DNA from: Acidobacteriota bacterium
GTDB taxonomy: Bacteria; Acidobacteriota; UBA6911; RPQK01; JAJDTT01
DNA length: 64,000 nucleotides
Assembly: GCA_965217775.1 (NCBI GenBank)
Contig: CBDCJH010000002.1
Location: forward strand, 1,184,001 to 1,248,000
Reading direction: 5' to 3'
Made by a program: the position numbers and the translations under genes. The notes under the pieces are model-generated. The model was not told where the DNA came from. It worked only from the letters and a program-made list of their open reading frames with translations, and made no database searches. Every line of letters starts with the position of its first letter. Position 1 is the stretch's first letter. Of this stretch, positions 37,800-49,253 are shown piece after piece.

Positions 37800-38179
37800 T
37801 CGGGTTGCCCGTGCTCGTTGCCACGGGTTGAGTGGCCCCACCCAAACTGCAAACGGCCGGAATAAAATCGGGCCAGTCGGAAGTTGTTACCGGGCAAAGT
37901 GCGGTTGGCATCTGGCTGACGCTCGCACCCATCTAACAGTGGCGGCTGGTTCGAAGACTTCTTCCGCCATCCTTTCCCCTCGTATGTTTGTCGCAGTCGG
38001 CGTTCCTGCAGTCTGATGCTGGCGCCGTCGACCCCGACGCTCCTGAGGGAGCAATTTCCCATCGGTTTCGATTTGACATTCTTTCGGGGGGTTTCGTAAC
38101 TTGACACGCTGTTGAAAGGCTCCCGGTCCGTGGAGATTCCGAAAACGGGGATCGTGGCGGGGCGGGGAATCAGGGGGGA

Positions 38180-38944
38180 GTGAGGATGAGCTTGTCAGGC
38201 AAAGTCGCCCTGGTTACGGGTGCCAATCGAGGGATCGGACGGGGTTGCGCTCTGGAGATGGCCCGGCGGGGTGCGGACATTGCCGTCAACTACCGGAGCC
38301 ACGCCGACGAGGCGGAAGAGGTCGCGCGCGAGGTGCGATCCCTGGGCCGACGTGCCATCGTCCTGCAGGCCGACGTGTCGGATCGGAACCAGGATCGAGA
38401 GTTGGTCTCCGCCACTGTGGAGCAGTTGGGACGGCTCGACATTCTGGTGGCCAACGCCGCGGTCAGCAGGCGCAAACCGTTCGTGGAGCTGAGCGTCGAG
38501 GACATCCGGTTGACCCTGGGTGTCTGTCTCTGGGGCGTGATCCATTGCTGTCAGTTGGCCGCCCGCCAGATGCTGGCGCAGGGCCAGGGTGGGAACATCG
38601 TCATCATCAGCTCGGTCCACGCCTACCTCCCCATCGTGAATTCCATTCCCTACAACATCGCCAAGGCGGGTATCAATCACATGGGACGGACCCTTGCCAT
38701 GGAGCTGGTGAGCGACGGGATCCGGGTCAACGTGGTTGAGCCCGGCTGGATCGACACGCCTGGAGAGCGCAAGTACGCCACCGAGGAGGAGATTCGGGAA
38801 GCGGGGAAGAAACTTCCCATGGGCCGTCTCGGGACCATCGAGGAAATCGGCAAGGGGGTCGCCTACCTGGTCAGCGACGACGCCAGTTACGTGACCGGGT
38901 CGATCCTCCGGATCGATGGAGGATTCGTGCTGCCTCGCCCCTGA
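38180..38944 (+). CDS. Short-chain dehydrogenase/reductase
   Basis: TGANRGIG, YNIAK, PGWIDT. Confidence 0.92.
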   Translation: MRMSLSGKVALVTGANRGIGRGCALEMARRGADIAVNYRSHADEAEEVAREVRSLGRRAIVLQADVSDRNQDRELVSATVEQLGRLDILVANAAVSRRKPFVELSVEDIRLTLGVCLWGVIHCCQLAARQMLAQGQGGNIVIISSVHAYLPIVNSIPYNIAKAGINHMGRTLAMELVSDGIRVNVVEPGWIDTPGERKYATEEEIREAGKKLPMGRLGTIEEIGKGVAYLVSDDASYVTGSILRIDGGFVLPRP

Positions 38945-38996
38945 CCGGCACCCACCCTCGCCACGACGCCGGCAGCGGTCCCACGCCGTCATCGCG

Positions 38997-39881
38997 TCAG
39001 ACCTGGACGACCGGATTCTCCAGGACTCCGATTCTTTCGATCTCGATTCTGACCAAGTCTCCAGCCTGCAGGGAGAATTCCTGGTGCGGGACGATTCCGG
39101 TCCCGGTGAGGACCACCGTCCCGTCGGGCACCGGGTTATGCCGTGTGAGGAAACCGGCCAGCTCCTGGCAGGTTCTGACCATCCGGGAGGTGGAGGTCTC
39201 CCCTGTGAAGACTCGATCCCCGTCACGGAAAATTTTGCAGGTGACGGCCAAGTTGTGGGGATCGGGAACGGACTCGGCGCTCACGATGCAGGGGCCGATG
39301 GAGCAGCACCGGCGGTAAATCTTGGCCTGGGGGAGATAGAGTGGGTTGGCGCCCTCGATGGCACGGCTGCTCACGTCATTGCCTGCGGTATAACCGGTGA
39401 TCCGTCCGTCGTGGAGGATGAACGCCAGCTCCGCTTCCGGCACATCCCAGCCGGAATCTCCCCGGACGCCGACGGCCTCTCCGGGACCCACGCAACGGGC
39501 CGGGGTCGCCTTGAGAAAGATCTCGGGACGTTCGGCCCGGTAGACCCTGGCGTAAGGATCGGGGGTTTCGCTTTCCCGCTCCCGCTCATCCCGGCTCTTG
39601 CGATAAGTGACGCCGGCCGCCCAGACTTCGGGTGGAACCAGTGGCCGGCCCAGGCGCAGACTCTGCCTGCTCAGCGACTCGGAGGTGACTTGGCGGTCAC
39701 CCTTCTGAAGCAGATTCTCCACGAGTTCGTCCAAGCTTCGGCCCATCAGACGGGACCAGCGGACCAGATCGGTGAAGTCTCGGATGGGTGAATCATGAGT
39801 CAGATCGAACAGCTTGCCCGGCTCCGCTTCCGCGATGAGGCGGGCATCACGATTGGCATTCAGATAGCGGAAGAATTTCAT
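38997..39881 (-). CDS. Fumarylacetoacetate hydrolase family protein (2-keto-3-deoxy-pentonate dehydratase-like)
   Basis: EVWAAGVTY, RPEIFLK, GNDVSSR.IEG.NPLYLPQAK. Confidence 0.88.
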   Translation of the reverse strand: MKFFRYLNANRDARLIAEAEPGKLFDLTHDSPIRDFTDLVRWSRLMGRSLDELVENLLQKGDRQVTSESLSRQSLRLGRPLVPPEVWAAGVTYRKSRDERERESETPDPYARVYRAERPEIFLKATPARCVGPGEAVGVRGDSGWDVPEAELAFILHDGRITGYTAGNDVSSRAIEGANPLYLPQAKIYRRCCSIGPCIVSAESVPDPHNLAVTCKIFRDGDRVFTGETSTSRMVRTCQELAGFLTRHNPVPDGTVVLTGTGIVPHQEFSLQAGDLVRIEIERIGVLENPVVQV

Positions 39882-40064
39882 GGACGACTCCTTTTCAAGC
39901 CCGGGCGGCCGTTTCCCGGCAGAGGCTGATAATCTCACACGTTGGCGGGCCGGCTGCAACTGGACTTTACACGGGTTCTTGTTGGACCATGTCGGCGGCG
40001 CCGGGATTTGGCGTTCGGGCCGGGTGGCCGTTCATGAGGCGGGTCCGGCCCGGAGGGTATCGAG

Positions 40065-41564
40065 ATGAGCGTATCCCAGGAATGGTTTGACAAGCAGAGC
40101 CGGGAACTGGTCCATCTGGAGAGCATTCTGGAGATGCTCGGCTGGGACCAGAGTACCACCATGCCTTCGAGTGGAGCCGGTCCCCGGGCCCAACAGAGTG
40201 CCTCCCTGGCGGCCCTGTATCATCAGAGGCTCACTCGGCCCCGTTGGTCCGAGGTTTTGGACGAGCTCGAGTCCAGGGAGCAGGACGAGTGGACGGAGGC
40301 GGCTGTCCGGGAGATGAGGCGAAAATACGACCGGGCGACCCGCATCCCCGAGGCTCTGGTCCGGGAATTGGCGGAAACGATTTCTCTGGGATACGAAGCC
40401 TGGGTCGCGGCCCGGAAGGAGTCCGATTTCGAGGCTTTCCGACCCTGGCTGGAGCGCATCCTGCGCCTGAAACGGCAGGAAGCCGCCTGTCTGGCGACCG
40501 GTGACTGTCTCTATGACGCGCTGCTGGACGACTACGAGCCCGGGATGACCACCCGGCAACTGGACCCGGTTTTCTCCCGGCTTCGGCCGCAGTTGACACG
40601 GTTGCTGGGCAGAATCCAGGAGGCCTCCCATCAGCCTCCGGCCGAGCTGCTGACGGGACGTTATCCCAGAACCGCTCAGGAGGCGTTCGGGCGAAGTGTC
40701 CTGTCCGCCATTGGGTTCGATTGGAAGGCGGGCCGTCTGGATGTATCTCCGCATCCCTTCTGCTGCGGCTTTTCTCCTCAAGACGTACGCATCACGACCC
40801 GATACGGGGAAGACTCCTTTGTCTCGTCCTTCTTCGGCATCGTTCATGAGGGCGGCCACGCCCTCTACGAACAGGGACTGGGCGGAGAGCGGTATGGTTC
40901 CCCCGCCTGCCAATCCATCTCTCTGGGCATACACGAGTCCCAGTCCCGACTCTGGGAAAACCAAGTGGCTCGAAGCCGGCCCTTCTGGGAATACTGGTAC
41001 CCGAAACTTCGAGAGACCTTTCCCGGCCAGTTGGACACGGTGCCGCTGGCGTCTTTCCTGAGGGGAGTGAATCGAGTCGAGGCCAGCTTGATCCGCGTCG
41101 AAGCCGACGAGGTCACCTACGGTCTGCACATCATTTTGCGTTACGAGTTGGAAAAGGCCCTTCTCGACCAGGATCTTCCGGTTTCGGACCTGGAAGGGAT
41201 CTGGGTCGAACGCATGCGGGAGTACCTGGGAGTGGTGCCCGGCAACGCCGCCGACGGAGTGCTCCAAGACACTCACTGGTCCTGCGGGCTCGTCGGCTAT
41301 TTCCCCACTTACCTGCTGGGGAACCTGTATGCGGCCCAGATCTACGCCCTGGCGCGTCAGATTCTCCCCGACCTGGACACTCAGTTCTCCACGGGCCGGT
41401 TTCTTCCCTTGAGGGAATGGCTGCGGGAGCAGATCCATTGCAAGGGGAGAACCCGTACGGCCGGAGAGTTGATTTTGGAGATCAGCGGAGAGCCTTTGGA
41501 TTCTCGATACCTGCTGAATTACCTGGAGGAGAAGTTCTCTCGGCTGTACCAACTGAACGGGTGA
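40065..41564 (+). CDS. Carboxypeptidase M32
   Basis: HPF, HEGGH, HESQ, IRVEAD, GYFPTY. Confidence 0.93.
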   Translation: MSVSQEWFDKQSRELVHLESILEMLGWDQSTTMPSSGAGPRAQQSASLAALYHQRLTRPRWSEVLDELESREQDEWTEAAVREMRRKYDRATRIPEALVRELAETISLGYEAWVAARKESDFEAFRPWLERILRLKRQEAACLATGDCLYDALLDDYEPGMTTRQLDPVFSRLRPQLTRLLGRIQEASHQPPAELLTGRYPRTAQEAFGRSVLSAIGFDWKAGRLDVSPHPFCCGFSPQDVRITTRYGEDSFVSSFFGIVHEGGHALYEQGLGGERYGSPACQSISLGIHESQSRLWENQVARSRPFWEYWYPKLRETFPGQLDTVPLASFLRGVNRVEASLIRVEADEVTYGLHIILRYELEKALLDQDLPVSDLEGIWVERMREYLGVVPGNAADGVLQDTHWSCGLVGYFPTYLLGNLYAAQIYALARQILPDLDTQFSTGRFLPLREWLREQIHCKGRTRTAGELILEISGEPLDSRYLLNYLEEKFSRLYQLNG

Positions 41565-41593
41565 GGGAACCCGTTCCGCGAGGAAGGAATCCC

Positions 41594-43021
41594 ATGCACA
41601 AGGAGGAGCTCAGACGACGCTTGGCGGCCATCGTGGGTGAGGACAAGGTCCAGTTCCACCCCTCCGAACTGGTGGTCTACGAGTGTGACGCCCTGATCTT
41701 TCACCGGCGGCCACCCGATTTCGTGGTCTATCCGTCTTCAGCCCGACAGATCCAGGAGATCGTTCGGCTCGCCTACGCCAACGACGTTCCCTACCTTCCG
41801 CGAGGCGCCGGAACCAGTCTCAGCGGCGGCGCCATTCCCATCACCGGCGGAATTCTGATCCAACTCTCCCATCTGAACCGTATCCTCGAGGTCAATGCCC
41901 AGGGGCGTTACGCCGTGGTGGAACCCGGCGTCATCAATCTGGAGCTTTCGGAACGGGTCAAGCCGCTGGGTCTCTACTTCGCACCCGACCCTTCCAGCCA
42001 GAGCACCTGCACCGTCGGCGGAAACATCGGCGCCAACGCCGGAGGTCCGCACTGCCTCAAATACGGCACCACGGTCCTCCATGTCCTGGCGGCGGAGGTG
42101 GTGACCCCCGAAGGAGACCTGGTCCAGTTGGGGAGTCCTCAGGGCGAGAGCGCCGGGTTCGACTTGACGGGACTCTTCACCGGGAGCGAAGGGACGTTGG
42201 GAATTCTGACCAAGGCCTGGGTCCGGCTGCTTCCACTCCCGGAGGAGGTCAAGACGTTCCTGGCCGACTTCACCAGCATGGCGGACGCCACCCGCGCGGT
42301 GAGCGACATCATCGCCCGGGGCATCATCCCGGCCGCCATGGAGATCATCGATCAATTGACGATCCAGGCGGTGGAAGACTCCCACTATGCGGCCGGTTAT
42401 CCCACCGACGCAGCGGCCGTGCTGTTGGTGGAGCTGGACGGCTTGGCATGCGAGATCGAAGACACCGAAGGTCTCATCGACCGGATGCTCAGGAACAACG
42501 GAGCCCGCGAGGTTCTGGTGGCTCGAGATGAAGTGCAGCGGGCCAAGCTCTGGGCCGGTCGGAAGAAAGCCTACGGCGCCTTCGGGCGGCTGGCCAAGAA
42601 CTTCTACCTGCAGGACACGGTGGTTCCCCGGACCCGCCTGACCGAAGTGCTGGAGAAGATTTATGCCATCGCGGACAAGTACGACTTTTCGGTGGTCAAC
42701 GTCTTCCATGCGGGTGACGGAAATCTCCATCCCATGCTTCCCTACGACGCCGGTGATCCCGAGGACGTGGTGCGGGTTCTGAAGGCCGCCGAGGAGATGG
42801 TCCGGGCTTCCATCGAAGCCGGAGGATCGCTCAGCGGGGAACACGGTGTGGGCCTGGAGAAGAGAGACCTCATGCCCTATCTGTTCTCGGATGACGACCT
42901 GAACGTGATGCGCGACATCCGGCATCTCTTCGATCCCAAGCAGCTCTGCAACCCGGAAAAGATCCTGCCTACGACCAAAGTCTGCATGGAGTTCCGGGAA
43001 AAGGGCGCCTTCATGCTCTAG
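41594..43021 (+). CDS. FAD-linked oxidase, glycolate oxidase GlcD-like
   Basis: RGAGTSLSGG, PDPSS, GSEGTLG, HAGDGNLHP, GEHGVG. Confidence 0.9.
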   Translation: MHKEELRRRLAAIVGEDKVQFHPSELVVYECDALIFHRRPPDFVVYPSSARQIQEIVRLAYANDVPYLPRGAGTSLSGGAIPITGGILIQLSHLNRILEVNAQGRYAVVEPGVINLELSERVKPLGLYFAPDPSSQSTCTVGGNIGANAGGPHCLKYGTTVLHVLAAEVVTPEGDLVQLGSPQGESAGFDLTGLFTGSEGTLGILTKAWVRLLPLPEEVKTFLADFTSMADATRAVSDIIARGIIPAAMEIIDQLTIQAVEDSHYAAGYPTDAAAVLLVELDGLACEIEDTEGLIDRMLRNNGAREVLVARDEVQRAKLWAGRKKAYGAFGRLAKNFYLQDTVVPRTRLTEVLEKIYAIADKYDFSVVNVFHAGDGNLHPMLPYDAGDPEDVVRVLKAAEEMVRASIEAGGSLSGEHGVGLEKRDLMPYLFSDDDLNVMRDIRHLFDPKQLCNPEKILPTTKVCMEFREKGAFML

Positions 43022-43038
43022 CAATCTAGGCCTTTCTA

Positions 43039-44364
43039 TTGAAGATCCCCAGTATCACCGTTCGGTTGTCGCGGCGTTTCTTGCCAAGATTCCGCGAGAC
43101 TCACGGGATTCGCTTCGCCGTCCAACTGCTTCCGGTCCTGCTGGGATTCTGGTTTCTGTGCGCCTGCGGCGAATCGGCGCCGGCTCCGTCCGCACCCTCC
43201 TGCCCGACGCTGCGTCTCGGCAGCGACCGGCTCTTGGAACAACCCTATCTGGGTTGGGTCGCAGGGAAATCGGTGGGACTCGTCGCCAACCACACGGCGG
43301 TGAACGCCAAGCTGGAAGGGGTCGCCGGCATGCTCTCCAACCACCCCGGGATTCAGGTGAAGGCCATCTTCTCTCCCGAGCATGGCTTTTCGGGTGACGT
43401 TCAGGCCGGCGTGCTCGTTCCCCATAAGTCCCGAATCTACAGTCTTTATGGGGCGCACCGTGCGCCGACACCGGAAATGCTCCGCGGCGTGGATCTACTC
43501 GTCTACGACATCCAGGACGTGGGAGTGCGTTTCTATACCTATATCTCCACTCTGTACGAATGCATGAAGGCGGCTGCGCGCGAAGGGATCCCCCTGATCG
43601 TCCTGGATCGGCCCAATCCCATCGGCGGCGACCGGATCGAAGGACCGCTTTTGGATGAGAGTCTCGTCTCCTTCGTGGGTGCTCATCCCCTCCCCATTCG
43701 CTACGGGATGACGGCGGGAGAACTGGCGCGCCTCTTCAACCAGGAAGGGAATCTGAGGTGCGAACTGAGGGTCGTTCCCATGGCGGGCTGGAGCCGTTCC
43801 CACTGGTACGATGAAACCGGTCTGGTCTGGATCCCTCCGTCTCCCAACATGCCCACCCTGACCACGGCCACGCTCTACGCCGGAATGTGCCTGCTGGAGG
43901 GCACGAATCTTTCCGAGGGAAGAGGGACCACCCGTCCCTTCGAACTGGTGGGCGCTCCCTGGCTCGACGCCACGCGTCTGGCGGCAGCACTCAACGCCCT
44001 CGAGTTGGACGGGGTCCATTTCCGGGTCCAGTCCTTCACTCCGACCTTCTCCAAATTCAAGGGCCAGGTCTGCCAGGGCGTCCAGATCCATATCGTGGAC
44101 CGGGACCGGTTCAATCCCATCGCCTGTGCCCTGCACCTTCTCCGTCAGACGCTCGATCTGCACCCGGAAGAGTTTAAGTTCCACGATCAGATGTTCGATC
44201 TACTGGCGGGTCAGTCCGGACTCAGGTCCGATCTGCTTCAAGGGGTCGAGGTGGAGCAGACGGTGGCCTCTTGGCAGCCGGGCCTGGAGGCCTTCCGGGA
44301 GCGGAGATCCAGGCACCTCCTCTATCCGGAAGAAGAGGAAGGAGGAGTGAGGAGTGAGAAATGA
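43039..44364 (+). CDS. DUF1343/NamZ exo-beta-N-acetylmuramidase family; start uncertain
   Basis: FSPEHG, DIQDVGVRFYTY, LDRPNP, SEGRGTTRPFE. Confidence 0.9.
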   Translation: MKIPSITVRLSRRFLPRFRETHGIRFAVQLLPVLLGFWFLCACGESAPAPSAPSCPTLRLGSDRLLEQPYLGWVAGKSVGLVANHTAVNAKLEGVAGMLSNHPGIQVKAIFSPEHGFSGDVQAGVLVPHKSRIYSLYGAHRAPTPEMLRGVDLLVYDIQDVGVRFYTYISTLYECMKAAAREGIPLIVLDRPNPIGGDRIEGPLLDESLVSFVGAHPLPIRYGMTAGELARLFNQEGNLRCELRVVPMAGWSRSHWYDETGLVWIPPSPNMPTLTTATLYAGMCLLEGTNLSEGRGTTRPFELVGAPWLDATRLAAALNALELDGVHFRVQSFTPTFSKFKGQVCQGVQIHIVDRDRFNPIACALHLLRQTLDLHPEEFKFHDQMFDLLAGQSGLRSDLLQGVEVEQTVASWQPGLEAFRERRSRHLLYPEEEEGGVRSEK

Positions 44365-44456
44365 GAGAGGAAGGCACGCGCCACCAGCAGGGTCGAGGAT
44401 AAGGTCCTGCTGGTTCATAGAGTTGCCGTCAATATTTTAGTTCCTTAGTCTCAAAA

Positions 44457-44607
44457 TCCTGTGCAAATGGACGAAAAATTATCGGTAGGGGCGCCCCTTG
44501 TGGGTGCCCTCTTCGGTCCAAACCGGAGCAAGACGCGGCCAATTGAAGGTCCGGGAGCTGGAACGCCGCCGCTCAGGCGAAGAAATTTTGGTTCCGGCTA
44601 CGCCGGC
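44457..44607. repeat. About 150-bp intergenic repeat containing a GTAG-type REP, copy 2
   Basis: GTAGGGGCGCCCCTTGTGGGTGCCC at 44485-44509; inverted relative to 13615-13756. Confidence 0.75.
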
Positions 44608-46041
44608 TTAGGGGACTGTAGGCGATTGCGAAGGTGGTGAGGTCTTGGGATCCGGAACCGACTCGTACTCCTTGAGCAGCTCGTTGAAATCCTTCCGGTA
44701 CCGGATCACGTCCAGGTCCGAGATCACCTGCTTCAGAATCCGGCGCACCAAGGGGACGAAAGTCTGCGGTTCCATGCGGATGGCTGCCGTCAGATGAACC
44801 ATGGCCTCATCCGGCTGCGATTGCACGGCGAAGAATTGGGCCAGCCGGAAACGCCCCTGCGGCCTGTCCGCGCCGTTCCGAATCGCCTCCAGAAAATGGC
44901 GTTGAGCCCCATCCTCTTCCTTGCGCTGATCCAGGAGCACGGCCAGACTGTAATGAGCCCGCCCTTCCTTGGGACTCACTTCAATTGCCCGTTTGAGAAA
45001 TCCCTCGGCCTTGTCCTTCATGCCCAGATGCACATGCATGGCGGCCGTGTTGTAGAGCGTGCTGAAGGTCTCTGCGCCCAAGTCCAAGGCTCTGCTGTAG
45101 GCCTCAACGGCCTCCCGATGCTTTCGCTGGAAGCTTAGGACGTCACCCAGGTTGGCCCACAACTGGTCGTTGTTCGGGGCCTGGTCCAAAGCCGCACGAA
45201 GGTATCGCTCCGCGTCGGCGTATCGCTTTTCCCTTCTTGCGATCAGCCCCAGGTTGGCCAGATTCCACGCGTCATTCTCGTCGGACCGGGAAAGTCGCCG
45301 TTTCGCCTCGTCGGGATTGCCCAGCTCCAGATAGAGGCCGCCCAGTTCCCGCAGAACCCCTGGATCGTCGGGTTTCAGCCGTTCCGCCTTCAACAATTCA
45401 TGCAGTGCCTCTTTTTTCCGCCCTGCCTCCAGGTGGAGCAATCCCAAGCGAAACCGAGCCTGGAAATCCTCCGGGTGGGTTCGGAGAAAGGACTGGTAGT
45501 GGCTTTGAGCCTTCTGATCTTGACCCAGCCGCTGATAAGCCTGCGCCAGGTTGATGTGGGTCTGGGCCGTGGAAGGATTCAACTTCAGGACCTGGTCGAA
45601 AGCGTCGACGGCGTCCTGATCCCGGCCCTGCCGGAAATGGATCACGCCCAGGAGATGCCAGGAAATGGGATCCTGAGGATCGATTTTCAGCGCCCGGCCC
45701 AAGTCCTCGCGGGAAGCCTGTATCTGTCCTTGTCCGAACCGGATCTGGGCCCGCATTTGGAGCCCCCGGGCGTTCTCGGCCTCCAGCTCGATCAGGGCGT
45801 CGAGATGACCGACCGCCTGATCCAATTTCTTCTGTTGGAGATAGATTACGGCCAGGTTGTAACGGGCGGAGGCGAAAGCGGGAGAGATCTGGACCGCTTT
45901 CTCGAAGAACTCCGCGTGGCGGCTGGAGTACTGATCGGGGGTCCCGATCAGTTCCTCTCCTTTCCGGAACCATTCCACGGCGCGCTGGTCGATCTGGGCG
46001 CCGGCTTGAAACAACAGCCAGAGGGCAAGAAAGAGGCTCAT
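44608..46041 (-). CDS. Secreted tetratricopeptide-repeat protein
   Basis: Signal peptide and many 34-aa A..NLG...A...P repeats. Confidence 0.9.
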   Translation of the reverse strand: MSLFLALWLLFQAGAQIDQRAVEWFRKGEELIGTPDQYSSRHAEFFEKAVQISPAFASARYNLAVIYLQQKKLDQAVGHLDALIELEAENARGLQMRAQIRFGQGQIQASREDLGRALKIDPQDPISWHLLGVIHFRQGRDQDAVDAFDQVLKLNPSTAQTHINLAQAYQRLGQDQKAQSHYQSFLRTHPEDFQARFRLGLLHLEAGRKKEALHELLKAERLKPDDPGVLRELGGLYLELGNPDEAKRRLSRSDENDAWNLANLGLIARREKRYADAERYLRAALDQAPNNDQLWANLGDVLSFQRKHREAVEAYSRALDLGAETFSTLYNTAAMHVHLGMKDKAEGFLKRAIEVSPKEGRAHYSLAVLLDQRKEEDGAQRHFLEAIRNGADRPQGRFRLAQFFAVQSQPDEAMVHLTAAIRMEPQTFVPLVRRILKQVISDLDVIRYRKDFNELLKEYESVPDPKTSPPSQSPTVP

Positions 46042-46057
46042 GATGGGTTCGTCCGAA

Positions 46058-47011
46058 TCAGGAGAGAGTTTTCTCTCGGGGTTGGGCGAAGTCCTCGAAA
46101 CGAGTCATTCGCTGAAGTTCCCGGTAACGCATCTCGATCTCGGTAAGGGTCACCTCCTTGAGGCGGTCCAGCGAGAAGCCTTCGACGGTGAAGCTGGCCA
46201 TGACGGAGCCGAAGATGACGGCTTGCCGGAGGGCGCGGCGGTCCGACCGGCCGGTCCCGGCCAGGTAGCCCATGAAGCCGCCGGCGAAAGTGTCGCCGGC
46301 GCCGGTCGGATCCAGCACGTCGGCCAGCGGGTAGGCGGGAGCACCGAAGACATCCAGGCCGCCTCCCGCCTCCCGCCGGAACATGAGTGCGCCGTATTCC
46401 CCTCGCTTGACCACCAGGATGCGGGGGCCCCAGCCCAGGATCTTCTCGGCCGCCCGGACCAGGTTCGGTTCCCGGGAGAGCTGCCGCGCCTCGGCGTCGT
46501 TGATGAGGAGGATCCCCACCCCCTTGAGAGTCTCGAGCAGGGAGGGGAAATGTTCCTGGATCCAATAGTTCATGGTGTCGCAGGCCACCAGTTTGGGCTG
46601 CCTGACCTGCAACAGCACCTGCCGTTGGAGTACGGGGTCGAAATTGCCCAGGAAGAGATACTCGCTGGTCCGATAATGTTCGGGGAGGTTGGGCCGAAAG
46701 TCGGCCAGGACGTTCAGTTGGGTGTCGAGGGTCTGGCAGTCGTTGAGATCATATCCGTACTTGCCGGCCCAGCGGAAGGTCCTGCCCGGCAGGACCTCCA
46801 GTCCCGCCAAGTCGATGTTTCTGGACTCCAGCAAGGAGACGTCCTGCTGTCGGAAGTCGTTCCCGACGGCCGCCACCATCCGGACATCGGTGAAATAGCC
46901 GGCCGCAATGCTGAAATAGGTCGCCGCCCCGCCCAGAACCTCCGTTACCTTGCCGAAGGGGGTCTCCACGGAATCGTAGGCGACCGAACCCACTACCGCA
47001 ATGGAACCCAT
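46058..47011 (-). CDS. PfkB-family sugar/nucleoside kinase
   Basis: GGAATY, DPTGAGDTFAGG; follows mtnP. Confidence 0.9.
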   Translation of the reverse strand: MGSIAVVGSVAYDSVETPFGKVTEVLGGAATYFSIAAGYFTDVRMVAAVGNDFRQQDVSLLESRNIDLAGLEVLPGRTFRWAGKYGYDLNDCQTLDTQLNVLADFRPNLPEHYRTSEYLFLGNFDPVLQRQVLLQVRQPKLVACDTMNYWIQEHFPSLLETLKGVGILLINDAEARQLSREPNLVRAAEKILGWGPRILVVKRGEYGALMFRREAGGGLDVFGAPAYPLADVLDPTGAGDTFAGGFMGYLAGTGRSDRRALRQAVIFGSVMASFTVEGFSLDRLKEVTLTEIEMRYRELQRMTRFEDFAQPREKTLS

Positions 47012-47024
47012 GCCGTGTTCTCCA

Positions 47025-47885
<861 letters not shown>

Positions 47886-48000
47886 ATCAAGTTCTCAATA
47901 TTATCTTTTTTTGAGAAATGCTGTCGGTGGTGACCCTGGGGATTCCGGGAACGGCGTCAACTGCCGTCAACCTGGCCTGAATGCTCACGTCTCGCCGAAC

Positions 48001-48843
48001 TCAGTCCTCCCACGGAACCGGTTCGACCACATACCTGCCCTCTCGGCGGCTCATGACGCCGGCCACCACATCAGGGTCGTGGTCGAAGAGCAGGAGCCAC
48101 TTCTCCGCCACCGCGCGGGAATAGATGCGCTTTCTCGTTTCCAGAGTGGTCAAAGGGAAGAGATCGTAACCCATGATCCAAGGGAGTGGAACATGGGCCG
48201 TGGTCGCGCAGAGGTCCCCCAGGAAGAAGGCGGTCTCCCCGCCGGACTGGACCTTGACCGAGTGATGTCCGGGAGTGTGTCCGGGAGTGTGGACCAGCGA
48301 AACGCCCGGGACGATCTCCTGCTCTCCATCGACGAGCTTGAGTTGGTGCGCCTCTTGTAGCGGCACCCAGTTCTCGGTCCGGTAGGAATCGGCCGTCCTC
48401 TCGTTCCTGCCGGTCGCCGTCAAGTAGTCTTCACGCGCGACGATGTAGGTGGCGTTGGGGAAGTTGGACACCACCTGCCGACCCTCCCAGCGAGTGTTGC
48501 CGCCACAGTGATCGAAGTGAAGATGGGTGTTGATCACCAGGTCGACGTCCCCCGGTTCCATGCCCAGGTTCGCCAGACGGGCAACGACGTCCGGCTCCTT
48601 GCCGACACCGTAGATGTCCTGCTCTTTGGGGGAGTACTTTCGTCCGGCTCCGGTGTCCACTAGGATGGCTTCGTGGGGCGTGCGGATGAGGAGGCAGTTG
48701 AGGCCGAGCCGCACCCGGTTGCGGTCGTCGGGACGCATCTTCCGCTCCCAGAGGACCCTGGGCACGATTCCGAATACCGCGCCGCCGTCCAAGCGGATGG
48801 AGCCGTCGGAGATGTGGTTGAGTTGGAACCTACCCAGCCTCAT
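48001..48843 (-). CDS. Metallo-beta-lactamase-fold hydrolase (YtnP-like)
   Basis: LDGGAVFG, THLHFDHCGG, GHTPGH. Confidence 0.9.
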   Translation of the reverse strand: MRLGRFQLNHISDGSIRLDGGAVFGIVPRVLWERKMRPDDRNRVRLGLNCLLIRTPHEAILVDTGAGRKYSPKEQDIYGVGKEPDVVARLANLGMEPGDVDLVINTHLHFDHCGGNTRWEGRQVVSNFPNATYIVAREDYLTATGRNERTADSYRTENWVPLQEAHQLKLVDGEQEIVPGVSLVHTPGHTPGHHSVKVQSGGETAFFLGDLCATTAHVPLPWIMGYDLFPLTTLETRKRIYSRAVAEKWLLLFDHDPDVVAGVMSRREGRYVVEPVPWED

Positions 48844-49253
48844 TCCTTCGATTGGACGGGCGCCTGGGTCAGTTCCACCAGGACTCCCCCGGTGCTGCGG
48901 GGATGGATGAAGGCGATGAGGTGGCCGCCGGCTCCGATGCGCGGAACCTCGTCGATCAGGTCCACGTTCCGTTCTCTCAACCGTCTCAGATCCGCTCGGA
49001 GATCGTCGACCTCGAAGGCGAGGTGATGAATGCCTTCCCCTCTTTTTTCCACGAAGCGGGAAATGACCGAGTCGGGTTCGGTCCCCTCGAGCAATTCGAC
49101 GGCTGTATCTCCGACCGGCAGGATCGCCGCACGAACCTTCTGATCCGGGACGGTTTCGGTCGTATCCACCTCGAGTCCCAGATCTTGGTACAGGCGGGAA
49201 AGAGACTCCAGAGAGCGGGTGGCGATCCCCACGTGGGCCAATCGTCGGATCAC
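48840..49253 (-). CDS. mce: Methylmalonyl-CoA epimerase
   Basis: HVGIA, GEGIHHLAF, FIHPRSTGGVLVEL. Confidence 0.92.
   Translation of the reverse strand: MIRRLAHVGIATRSLESLSRLYQDLGLEVDTTETVPDQKVRAAILPVGDTAVELLEGTEPDSVISRFVEKRGEGIHHLAFEVDDLRADLRRLRERNVDLIDEVPRIGAGGHLIAFIHPRSTGGVLVELTQAPVQSKE

Noticed and set aside
37800-38179. ncRNA or tRNA in a 380-bp intergenic gap
   Set aside because: GGTTCGAA is present, but no cloverleaf or known RNA motif could be built.
44341-44370. GAGTGAG heptamer-like stutter at the end of the NamZ gene
   Set aside because: Only 2-3 degenerate units; too weak to interpret.
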